DNA from: Acidobacteriota bacterium
GTDB taxonomy: Bacteria > Acidobacteriota > Vicinamibacteria > Marinacidobacterales > Marinacidobacteraceae
Length of the DNA: 64,000 bases
Direction of reading: 5' to 3'
NCBI GenBank assembly: GCA_009840635.1
Contig: VXNL01000020.1
Span: 13,883 to 77,882, forward strand
Shown here: positions 19,288 through 26,820 of the stretch, in pieces
Numbering within the stretch: the first letter of the stretch is position 1
Layout of the letters: each line of letters begins with the position of its first letter
Translations under genes and position numbers: made by a program
Notes under the pieces: generated by a model
The model's database searches: none
Told to the model about the DNA's origin: nothing
What the model saw: the letters and a program-made list of their open reading frames with translations, nothing else

Positions 19288-20664
19288 ATGACGGTCCGGA
19301 CCCGGATCGCTCCCTCGCCGACCGGCGATCCGCACGTCGGGACGGCGTACCAGGCGCTGCTCAACTACGCCTACGCCAGGAAGCGCGGGGGCGCCTTCGT
19401 GCTCCGGGTGGAGGACACCGACCAGGCGCGTTCCACCCGGGCCTCCGAGGTCGCAATCCTCCGTTCGTTGCGCTGGCTCGGGCTCGCCTGGGACGAGGGC
19501 CCCGACGTCGGCGGCCCCTTCGCTCCCTATCGCCAGAGCGAGCGGGTCGAGGCGTGCCGGGAGGTGGCCGAACGGCTCCTGGGCGGCGGCAAGGCATATC
19601 GGGATTACGGGGAGGACGCCGGCGGGGCCTATGCCATCCGGCTCCGCACCCCGGAGACGGGCCGGATCGGGCTTCCCGACCGGCTCCGCCACGGTCTTTC
19701 CAAGGACTGGGAGTCGGTGGACGATCCGGTGCTGCTCAAGTCGGACGGGTTCCCGACCTACCACCTCGCGAACGTCGTGGACGACCACCTGATGGAGATC
19801 ACGGACGTGATCCGGGGGGAGGAGTGGATCGCATCGCTCCCCAAGCACCTCCTGCTCTACGACACGCTCGGGTGGGAGCCGCCTTCCTTCTGGCACGTTC
19901 CGCTGCTCCGGAACAACGACCCGAACCGAACCAAGCTGAGCAAGCGGAAGAGTCCGACCTCGATCGACTTCTACCGGCAGGCGGGTTTCCTGCCCGAAGC
20001 GCTCCTCAACTTCCTGGGGATGCTGGCCTGGACCCGGGCGGAGGGAGAGGAGAAGTTCACCCTGGAGGCGTTCGTCGAGCACTTCGAGCTCGGAACCCTC
20101 TCGTTGGCCGGCGCCGTCTTCGACACCGAGAAGCTGGCGTGGCTGAACGGCCGTTACCTGCGGGAGGACTACGAGCCGGCGGACCTCGCCGGTTTGCTAC
20201 GTCAATGGCGTTTCGACGACCACACCCTGGAAACGGCCGCCGGGCTGGCGCAGCCCCGGATGCGCACCCTGGGCGACTTCGGACCGCTGGCGTCCCTCTT
20301 CTTCACCGATGAGACGCCCTGCGATCCGGACACGCTTGCGGGAGGCCTCGAGCACTCCGAGGTCGCGGAATGGCTCCTGCTCGCGGAATGGGCGCTGGAG
20401 GACCTTCCCGAGTTCACGGCGGACGCCGTCCACCAGGCGCTGCGGGCGCTCTCCGAATCGCTCGGGGTGAAGCTCAGGAAGTTCACCCGCCCGCTCTATG
20501 CCGCCGTCAGCGGTTCGCCGTCGTCCACCCCGCTCTTCGGGTCGATGGTCCTGCTCGGCAGTGCCATGACCCGCATGCGCCTGCGTCGTGCCCGGACGAC
20601 CCTCGGCGGCGTGCCCCGCCGCCGCGAGAAGGAACTCGAAGCCACCCATCGCGGGCGGCCCTGA
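19288..20664 (+). CDS. gltX: glutamate--tRNA ligase
   Basis: 458 aa from ATG 19288. Contains RIAPSPTGDPHVGTA (HIGH), VEDTD, and KLSKRKS (KMSKS). Confidence 0.9.
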   Translation: MTVRTRIAPSPTGDPHVGTAYQALLNYAYARKRGGAFVLRVEDTDQARSTRASEVAILRSLRWLGLAWDEGPDVGGPFAPYRQSERVEACREVAERLLGGGKAYRDYGEDAGGAYAIRLRTPETGRIGLPDRLRHGLSKDWESVDDPVLLKSDGFPTYHLANVVDDHLMEITDVIRGEEWIASLPKHLLLYDTLGWEPPSFWHVPLLRNNDPNRTKLSKRKSPTSIDFYRQAGFLPEALLNFLGMLAWTRAEGEEKFTLEAFVEHFELGTLSLAGAVFDTEKLAWLNGRYLREDYEPADLAGLLRQWRFDDHTLETAAGLAQPRMRTLGDFGPLASLFFTDETPCDPDTLAGGLEHSEVAEWLLLAEWALEDLPEFTADAVHQALRALSESLGVKLRKFTRPLYAAVSGSPSSTPLFGSMVLLGSAMTRMRLRRARTTLGGVPRRREKELEATHRGRP

Positions 20665-20665
20665 A

Positions 20666-20718
20666 GCTCGGAGCGCCGGCCTCTGGCCGGTATCGCCCCA
20701 GTTCTCCCGGTGGGGGCG
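20666..20718 (+). repeat. R2 intergenic repeat, copy a
   Basis: GCTCGGAGCGCCGGCCTCTGGCCGGTATCGCCCCAGTTCTCCCGGTGGGGG, starting 2 nt after the gltX stop. It contains the hairpin CCGGCC-TCT-GGCCGG. Confidence 0.8.
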
Positions 20719-20762
20719 CGGAGCGAGGCGAAACGCACATCGCCGTTCGAAACGAGCACGCC

Positions 20763-20823
20763 GGCTTGGAACGCCGGCTTCAGCCGGCACGCGCGGTGCT
20801 CCGCACAGTGCTCCGCACCGCGC
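20763..20823 (+). repeat. R1 two-hairpin intergenic repeat, copy 1
   Basis: GGCTTGGAAC GCCGGC-TTCA-GCCGGC AC, then GCGCGGTGC-(15 nt)-GCACCGCGC. Confidence 0.85.
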
Positions 20824-21050
20824 ACGTCGTAACCCCACACCGCCCTACGGTAACCCCCGGCCTGCAACGCCCAGCTCCGGAGGTGACGCAACGTCCCGGA
20901 CCGCCGGTCCTCCGAGCTTGCCCCGGTTCCTCGGACCACCAGGAGTGACCGAAGTGCCGGTCGAGGCCGACCCCCGGAGTTGTTGTCTGGCGTGCGCGGG
21001 CGACAGGTAGCCGCCGGCGTCCGGTCACCCGGCGAGAAGTTCCCCTTCGC

Positions 21051-21485
21051 CTACTGGAAACGTTCGGGCCCGGATCCTTCCAGACGCGCGGCGAGGATCG
21101 CCGGGGATACGGCAACGTCGGGTGCGCCACTCAGGATCGCCCGGTCCAAGGTGGCGAGTGGGACGCGTAGGCCTCTCGCGAGTACGACGAACTCGGCGTC
21201 GTACGCAGTGAGACCGCACTCGAGGGCCGCCGCTATGGTCTGCCGACCGGAGACGGCCGCTACCCGGTCACCGAGGATCGCCGAAGCGTCGTCGGTCATG
21301 GCCTTGGCCTGCTCCTCCGTGATTTCGCCACGCCTCACCAATCCCACGAGGACGTTCCGCAGTTCACTCATCAGGATCGGCGGTGCACTCCACGCGGAGT
21401 CCCTCCGGTACAACCGTACGGCCGCAACGGTTTCGTCGCCGGCGGCGACGAGCTGGACCATTACGTTCGTGTCAACGACGATCAC
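21051..21485 (-). CDS. vapC: PIN-domain ribonuclease toxin (VapC-like)
   Basis: 144 aa: (M)IVVDTNVMVQL... with acidic PIN residues (D5, E41-region, D/E around 95-100). GTGA overlap with the upstream antitoxin stop. Confidence 0.8.
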   Translation of the reverse strand: MIVVDTNVMVQLVAAGDETVAAVRLYRRDSAWSAPPILMSELRNVLVGLVRRGEITEEQAKAMTDDASAILGDRVAAVSGRQTIAAALECGLTAYDAEFVVLARGLRVPLATLDRAILSGAPDVAVSPAILAARLEGSGPERFQ

Positions 21486-21724
21486 AGCCTGCCGGCGCTC
21501 TTGAGCTCACGCAGCGTCTCGTCGCTGAGGTCGAGTTCCCCGATGTCCTCGCGGCGGCGCCGGATGCGTTCGAGCAGGCCTTCCACGTCCGTGATCCGGT
21601 GGTGGACGGACTCCTCGAGTCGCGCGAGGATCTCGCGGTTCAGACTGCGGTGGTTCCGCGCGGCGGAGCGCCGGAGTTCTTGGTGCAGTTGATCGGGGAC
21701 TCCCCTGAGGGCGATTTGGGCCAT
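21482..21724 (-). CDS. ribbon-helix-helix (Arc/MetJ-type) antitoxin, VapB/FitA-like
   Basis: 80 aa: MAQIALRGVPDQLHQELRRSAARNHRSLNREILARLEE, a typical RHH N-terminus. GGAG lies about 7 nt upstream of the ATG. Confidence 0.7.
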   Translation of the reverse strand: MAQIALRGVPDQLHQELRRSAARNHRSLNREILARLEESVHHRITDVEGLLERIRRRREDIGELDLSDETLRELKSAGRL

Positions 21725-21741
21725 GTTGCGTACTCCGATTG

Positions 21742-21760
21742 TGCTATTGGAATGATAGCA
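21742..21760. promoter_or_regulatory. operator-like palindrome in the vapBC promoter region
   Basis: TGCTAT-tggaatg-ATAGCA sits in the only AT-richer stretch upstream of the antitoxin ATG (21724). Confidence 0.35.
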
Positions 21761-21831
21761 AACCGATCTCACTCTGGATTCGTAAACCCGGCGGCGCCGG
21801 AGCTCTGGGTTGCGAACGGAGGCCGCCCGGT

Positions 21832-23049
21832 TCAGCGAATGTCCCAGCGGTGAAGCCGGGACACGTCCTTCACGTAGATCCCGTCGCCCGCCACCGTCGG
21901 CTGGGTCCAGGTCTCGCTGTCCGCGACCTCGTAGCGCCGGATTTCCTCGAGCCCGGCGCGGCTCGCCTCGAAGATCACGAGCTCGGCGTCCTCCTGCAGC
22001 GAGAAGACGATGTTTTCCGCCAGCACCAGCGCGGCGTTTTCGGCCTGTCGGGGCGTGCTTTCCCAGAGCGCTTCCCCGGAGTCCAGGTCCAGCGCGAAGT
22101 ACTGGCCCCGGTTCCGGTGGGAGAGGCCGAACATCACCCCCTCCCGGACCACCGGGTTCGCCATGTGGAGGGAGTATTCGCGCGTCCGCCAAACGTCTTC
22201 GGTGGTCCAGCCGTCCCCGCCCCTGACAACGCGGAAGGCCGTGACCCCGTTTCCCCTGCCGTTCTCGATCACCAGGTCCCGGTAGCGGACGGGCGTCTGT
22301 GAGGTCGTGTCGGACTGGGTGGTGAAGGGCCGGCTCCAGAGCAGGGAGCCGTCGGCGACGGAGACCCCCACGAAGTGTTCCTGCGTGAAGGTCACCACCT
22401 GCTCGACTCCGTCGAACTCGAACAGCATCGCCGAGCCGTAGGCCGGGCCGTCGCCGTCCCAGGACCAGCGGACGTCGCCGGTCTCCGCATCGAACGCCGT
22501 CAGCGCCCCGTCGTCATGCCCCCCGACGTGGACGATGACGAGTCCGCCGTGAACGAGCGGCGAGGTGCTCGTGTGGTAGAGCGGTTCGACCCCGGTGCCC
22601 GGGACGTGCCAGAGCTGCTCGCCGCCGGCCGCGTCGAAGGCGGTTACCGATCCGGTCATGCCGTGGACGAACAACCGCCCGCCGGCGTAGGCCGGGGTCG
22701 ACTTCGGTCCGGGACCGTGCCGCTGGGTCGCGGGGCTCATGTCAAACGGAGCGGGATACGCCGAACGCCAGCGGACCTCGCCCGTCTCCGGATCCATGGA
22801 GTAGAGGACCTCGTCGTCCCCCCACCGGGCGAACTGCCAGAGATTCCCGTCCACCAGGAGTGGGGTGGCGTAGCCCGTGCCGACGTCCACGGTCCATACC
22901 GGCGTCAGTGCTTCCGGCCACGCGGCGGGCGCCTCGAACCCGGACACCACGCCGTCGCGTGCAGGGCCCCGCCACTGGGGCCAGTCCTGCGCGCCGGCGC
23001 CGGCAGCAGGCAAGAGCGCGAACGCCAGCAGACAGTTCCTCATGCGCAT
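21832..23049 (-). CDS. secreted PQQ-like (BamB/YVTN-type) beta-propeller repeat protein
   Basis: 405 aa from ATG 23049. Signal peptide MRMRNCLLAFALLPAAGAGAQ, then DWPQWRGP and repeated xxAxDxxTGxxxW blades (AFDAAGGEQLW, AFDAETGDVRW, ALDLDSGEALW). Confidence 0.8.
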   Translation of the reverse strand: MRMRNCLLAFALLPAAGAGAQDWPQWRGPARDGVVSGFEAPAAWPEALTPVWTVDVGTGYATPLLVDGNLWQFARWGDDEVLYSMDPETGEVRWRSAYPAPFDMSPATQRHGPGPKSTPAYAGGRLFVHGMTGSVTAFDAAGGEQLWHVPGTGVEPLYHTSTSPLVHGGLVIVHVGGHDDGALTAFDAETGDVRWSWDGDGPAYGSAMLFEFDGVEQVVTFTQEHFVGVSVADGSLLWSRPFTTQSDTTSQTPVRYRDLVIENGRGNGVTAFRVVRGGDGWTTEDVWRTREYSLHMANPVVREGVMFGLSHRNRGQYFALDLDSGEALWESTPRQAENAALVLAENIVFSLQEDAELVIFEASRAGLEEIRRYEVADSETWTQPTVAGDGIYVKDVSRLHRWDIR

Positions 23050-23112
23050 CCTTTTGACTCCAGCGCTCTCCCGCGCCGGGCGGTATTGTCGCACCGGCCG
23101 CCCGGCCGGTGA

Positions 23113-24717
23113 ATGAGAGAGTCCATGTCCCTCCAGAATCTTCGAAACGCGCTTTCGCTCCTGGCCGTCCTGGCCGTCGCCTGCGGTCAGGAACCGTACG
23201 ACGTCCTCATTCATGGCGGCCTCGTATACGACGGCGGCGGCGGTGACCCCGTCACCGCCGACGTCGCGGTCACGGGCGACCGCATCAGCTTCATCGGGGA
23301 CGCCGACGCCGAAGGGTTGACCGCTACCGAGACGGTGGACGCCGCCGGCCTCATCGTGGCCCCCGGATTCATCGACATGCACGCCCATTCGCAGATCGGC
23401 GAGGACTGGGCGAAAGAGGCGCTGCCGTTCCTCTATCAGGGGATCACGACCGTGGTTCTCGGGGTGGACGGCGGCGGCTCGCCGGACGTGAACGAAACCC
23501 TGGCGGGCTGGGAAGCGAGCGGCATCGGAGTGAACGCGCTCACCTACGTGGGTCACGGGGCGGTGCGGCGGCTCGTGCTCGGCGAGGAAAACCGGGCGCC
23601 CACCGACGAGGAACTGGACCGCATGCGGGCGCTCGTCCGGAAGGGCCTCGAGGAGGGCGCCTTCGGGCTCTCGAGCGGGCTCTTCTATGTCCCGGGCTAC
23701 TACGCGACCACGGAGGAGGTCATCGAGCTGGCGCGGGTGGCCGCCGAGTACCGGCCGGCCATCTATGACACCCACGACCGCGACCTGGGAGCCGCGTATC
23801 CGAGCTTCGGTTACCTCGCCTCCATCGAGGAGGCCATCCGCATCGGCGAGGAGGGCGGGACCAAGGTCATCTTCAGCCACTTCAACGCGCAGGGGGCCGC
23901 CAACTACGGCCGGGCGCCGGAAGGGGCCGCGCTGATCGACGCGGCGCGGGACCGGGGGGTCACGGTCGCCGGGGCCCAGCACGTCTACACCGCCACCCAG
24001 TCGAGCCTGCGGGCCTACACCGTTCCGCGCTGGGCCTCGGCGGGCGGCCGCGAGGCCATGCTCGAGCGGTTCGAGGATCCGGACACCGCGCGCGTCCTCG
24101 ACGAGGCCACCGCCGAGATGCTGGCCATCCGGGGCGGCGCCGACAAGATTCGGTTCTCCGATCCGCGTCCCCATCTGAACGGGCGGACACTGGCGGATGT
24201 CGCCGAGGAGTGGGGCGTTCCCGCCCCGGAGGCGGCCCGCCGCATCCTCGCCGAAGGGAACGCTTCGGTGATGAACGTCGGTCTCTACGACCCGGTGAAC
24301 ACCGCCTTCCTCGCCGAGCAGGACTGGATGATGACCTGCACCGACGGGCGCGACATCGCCCCCGGTACGGCCGTCGGCCACCCCCGGGTCTACGGCGCCT
24401 TCACCAAGAAGCTGCGCGACTACGTGCTCGACGAGGAGCGGATCTCGATGGCCTTCGCCATCCGGAGCATGACCGGCCTCGCCGCCGAGTTTCTCGAGCT
24501 GCCCGACCGCGGGTTCCTGCGGGAGGGCCTGAAGGCGGACCTCACGATCCTCGATCCGGAGCGGATCCGGGACCGGGCCACCTACGACGAGCCGCACAAG
24601 TACTCCGAGGGCACCGTCCACGTCCTCGTCAACGGGGAGTTCGCGATCAGGGACGGCGCCCACACCGGGGCCCTGGCCGGCCGGGGGCTACGGCCGAGTC
24701 CCCACCTCTCTGAGTGA
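23113..24717 (+). CDS. N-acyl-D-amino-acid deacylase (D-aminoacylase) family amidohydrolase, lipoprotein/secreted
   Basis: 534 aa. LAVLAVACGQ lipobox, then YDVLIHGGLVYDG...VAPGFIDMHAHS (metal-binding HxH). Confidence 0.85.
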   Translation: MRESMSLQNLRNALSLLAVLAVACGQEPYDVLIHGGLVYDGGGGDPVTADVAVTGDRISFIGDADAEGLTATETVDAAGLIVAPGFIDMHAHSQIGEDWAKEALPFLYQGITTVVLGVDGGGSPDVNETLAGWEASGIGVNALTYVGHGAVRRLVLGEENRAPTDEELDRMRALVRKGLEEGAFGLSSGLFYVPGYYATTEEVIELARVAAEYRPAIYDTHDRDLGAAYPSFGYLASIEEAIRIGEEGGTKVIFSHFNAQGAANYGRAPEGAALIDAARDRGVTVAGAQHVYTATQSSLRAYTVPRWASAGGREAMLERFEDPDTARVLDEATAEMLAIRGGADKIRFSDPRPHLNGRTLADVAEEWGVPAPEAARRILAEGNASVMNVGLYDPVNTAFLAEQDWMMTCTDGRDIAPGTAVGHPRVYGAFTKKLRDYVLDEERISMAFAIRSMTGLAAEFLELPDRGFLREGLKADLTILDPERIRDRATYDEPHKYSEGTVHVLVNGEFAIRDGAHTGALAGRGLRPSPHLSE

Positions 24718-24721
24718 CGCC

Positions 24722-25033
24722 ATGGGCAATCTGAACGATCTCAAGCAGCGCCTGATGGAGGATCCCGAATTCCGGGAGTTGTACGCGCGGGCCGATGACG
24801 AGTTCAAGCTGATCGAGGCGTTGGTGCGAGCCCGCACGGCCGCCAGCCTGACGCAGTCCGAACTCGCCCGGCGTCTGGGGACGACTCAGTCCGCGATCGC
24901 GCGGCTGGAGGGTGGCCGGGTGTCGCCGTCCTTCGCCACCTTGCGCCGCTACGCCGAAGCGACCGGGACACGGCTGGTGGTGGGCTTGGCGTCCGCCGAC
25001 GACCCACGGAGCGCGACCGCGCCGGCCCCGTAG
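24722..25033 (+). CDS. XRE-family helix-turn-helix protein (HigA/antitoxin-like)
   Basis: 103 aa with LTQSELARRLGTTQSAIARLEGG, a classic HTH_3 motif. Starts 4 nt after the D-aminoacylase stop. Confidence 0.8.
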   Translation: MGNLNDLKQRLMEDPEFRELYARADDEFKLIEALVRARTAASLTQSELARRLGTTQSAIARLEGGRVSPSFATLRRYAEATGTRLVVGLASADDPRSATAPAP

Positions 25034-25122
25034 TGCTCGACCGTATCCAATCGGCGCGGGGTGCGCAGGATTGGTGCTCCCGGGTCTGACAGAATCCCGC
25101 CTCCCGTCAGGAGGATTCCTTC

Positions 25123-25608
25123 ATGCGTAATCTGCGGTTCCCGGCCGTTTTGGCTGTGCTCTCGCTCGGACTCGGGCTCGCGGCCGACGCCCACGCCCAG
25201 GGCGGCGCCAACGCCACCGAGCGCTACGGGGTCTGGCGGCTCCGGTCGGACAACCCGCCGCCCTACAAGAACATCATGACCTACGCGCCCCATGGAGACG
25301 GGGGCATGAGCATCGAGGTGGCCACCACGAACTCCGAGGGGGACACCTCGGTGTGGAGCTACGTCACGATGTTCGACGGCGTCTTCCGCCCGGTCGAGGG
25401 GCTCGAGAGTTCCGAGACGGCGGTCGAGATCGTGACCGAGCGAAGCACCCGCATCCTGAACGCCCGGAACGGCGCGGTGTACCAGGTGATCATCAACACC
25501 CTCTCCGAGGACGGCAACCGGATCGACAACGACTACGTCCGGGTGGATGCGGACGGGAAGATCACCCGGGTGACGCGGGCCACCTACGACCGGGTCCAGG
25601 AGGAGTAG
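25123..25608 (+). CDS. secreted hypothetical protein
   Basis: 161 aa. Signal peptide MRNLRFPAVLAVLSLGLGLAADAHA. AGGAGGA lies 7 nt upstream of the ATG. No family recognised. Confidence 0.6.
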   Translation: MRNLRFPAVLAVLSLGLGLAADAHAQGGANATERYGVWRLRSDNPPPYKNIMTYAPHGDGGMSIEVATTNSEGDTSVWSYVTMFDGVFRPVEGLESSETAVEIVTERSTRILNARNGAVYQVIINTLSEDGNRIDNDYVRVDADGKITRVTRATYDRVQEE

Positions 25609-25610
25609 GC

Positions 25611-26006
25611 GTGGCCGGCGGCAACCTGACGTGGCGGTATCACCGCCCCGGGTGAATGAGCTGCAAGAGGACGCAGGAGTTTCTTGCGGCAAACGGCATT
25701 GCGGACGGGGAAATCCAGAACGCCAACAGGGCCCCGATCCAGGGCGACGAGGCCCTCACGCTGCTGGACGGTGTGGACGAGCTCCTGGTCGCCAAGGGCC
25801 GCAAGGTGGAGCGGTTCGACCTCACCGGCGACCGCCCGGACGACGCCACCCTGAGCGGGGCGATGGTCGGGAGCTATACGAACCTGACCGACCTGCTCCT
25901 CGGCCGCTCGGGCAAGCTCCGTGCGCCTACGATGCGCGTCGGCGACCGGCTGGTGGTGGGCTACAACCAGGAATTGCTGGAGCAGGTCTTCGGGCAGGGC
26001 GCGTAA
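25611..26006 (+). CDS. ArsC/YffB/Spx-family thioredoxin-fold protein, predicted selenoprotein (in-frame TGA 25653-25655 read as Sec; U-x-x-C)
   Basis: AGGAGG at 25598-25603, 7 nt, then GTG 25611. Conceptual product MAGGNLTWRYHRPG-U-MSCKRTQEFLAANGI...KLRAPTMRVGDRLVVGYNQELLEQVF. The ORF track only reports the part after the TGA (25656..26006). Confidence 0.6.
25661..25689 (+). promoter_or_regulatory. SECIS-like hairpin 5 nt downstream of the in-frame UGA
   Basis: CTGCAAGA (25661-68) pairs with TCTTGCGG (25682-89), 8 bp including one G-U. There is an inner AC/GT step and a 6-nt apical loop GCAGGA (25673-78). Confidence 0.45.
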
Positions 26007-26083
26007 CCGCCGCCCCAGCCTCGCCGTCCGGGGCGGGGAGATGCGGTCGGATCCGCCGTTCGCTCGCCTGAGCCCCGCGGGGA

Positions 26084-26470
26084 TCAGGCGAGCGGCTGCC
26101 AGAGACCGATGATGTTGCCCTCCGGGTCCTTCACCTGGGCATAGATCCCCATCCCCGGAATCTCCGCCGGACCCATGATGCATTCCCCGCCGGCCGCCTC
26201 GACGTCACGGGCGCGCTCCTCGCACGAGGGCACCTCGATCACGACGACCGGAGACCCGCTGCCTCCGCCCTCGCCCCGGGGGTACATCCCGCCGTTGATG
26301 CCGCCGACGGTGGTCGGATTCCCCGCTTCGTCGATCGGGGTCGTGATCACGAAGGTGTAGGGCATGTCCCCGGGCACGTCGGAGACCTGCCAGCCGAAGA
26401 CCTTCTGGTAGAAGTCGGTGGCGCGGGATTTGTCGGCAAAGGGAATCTCGAAGTGGCAGACGCGGTCCAT
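26084..26470 (-). CDS. VOC-family (glyoxalase/bleomycin-resistance fold) protein
   Basis: 128 aa with HFEIPFADKSRATDFYQKVFGW and GMGIYAQVKDPEGNIIGLWQ. A strong AAGGAGGAG SD lies upstream. Confidence 0.85.
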   Translation of the reverse strand: MDRVCHFEIPFADKSRATDFYQKVFGWQVSDVPGDMPYTFVITTPIDEAGNPTTVGGINGGMYPRGEGGGSGSPVVVIEVPSCEERARDVEAAGGECIMGPAEIPGMGIYAQVKDPEGNIIGLWQPLA

Positions 26471-26573
26471 GAAGCTCCTCCTTGGGAGTAGGGAAAGGGT
26501 GTTGGATCAGCCGAACGACCCGGCGATGGATCTTGTTCCGTGCTTCGGTCCGCGGTGCGCGGGGAAGGCACGT

Positions 26574-26619
26574 ACGGCTTGGAACGCCGGCTTCAGCCGG
26601 CACCGCGGCCCGCAGGCGG
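26574..26619 (+). repeat. R1 repeat, copy 2 (left arm of an inverted doublet)
   Basis: ACGGCTTGGAAC GCCGGC-TTCA-GCCGGC AC, followed by a degenerate second hairpin. Confidence 0.85.
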
Positions 26620-26689
26620 TTCGTCGCTACCCCCCGGGTGCATTGGCGCGGACAGCCGAGCCATCCCGGCGAATGAGGTCCGTCTCGCC

Positions 26690-26737
26690 GCCCGCCTGCG
26701 GCGGGCTGTGCCGGCTGAAGCCGGCGTTCCAAGCCGT
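26690..26737 (-). repeat. R1 repeat, copy 3 (right arm of an inverted doublet)
   Basis: Plus strand reads GCCCGCC-TGC-GGCGGGC TGT GCCGGC-TGAA-GCCGGC GTTCCAAGCCGT, which is the reverse complement of the R1 consensus. Confidence 0.85.
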
Positions 26738-26820
26738 GCGCGTCACCGGACACCGGCGCTCGCCGGGGTTGTGAACCCGGGACGAAGACACCAAACTAGA
26801 CCGATTCTGGAGGAACCCCC

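Noticed and set aside
20763-20823. R1/R2 hairpins as plain Rho-independent terminators
   Set aside because: None has a U-tract. The sequence outside the stems (ACGGCTTGGAAC) is conserved, one pair sits in a divergent promoter region, and one copy is inside a reading frame. They may still influence 3' ends.
20830-21050. Possible small gene or ncRNA in the 220 nt between the gltX repeats and vapC
   Set aside because: Track ORFs here (for example 20780..21130-, 20588..21010+) have junk-like composition and no SD. I saw no recognisable RNA motif. Left unannotated.
23050-24663. 5' two-thirds of track ORF 21832..24663- (943 aa)
   Set aside because: Only the last 405 codons (from ATG 23049, with a signal peptide) form the PQQ-like propeller. 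The upstream part is antisense to the well-supported D-aminoacylase gene (23113..24717+).
24722-25033. XRE-HTH gene as half of a HigBA/RelE-type TA pair
   Set aside because: There is no small toxin ORF on either side. The upstream neighbour is the D-aminoacylase, 4 nt away, and downstream there is a 90-nt gap followed by a secreted protein. I treat it as a stand-alone regulator.
25656-26006. Taking ATG 25656 as the true start of the ArsC-like gene (as in the ORF track)
   Set aside because: There is no SD. It would remove beta-strand 1 and the first redox residue, while the 14 in-frame codons upstream of the TGA align with the family N-terminus and are preceded by AGGAGG-7nt-GTG. I keep it as the fallback if no Sec machinery exists.
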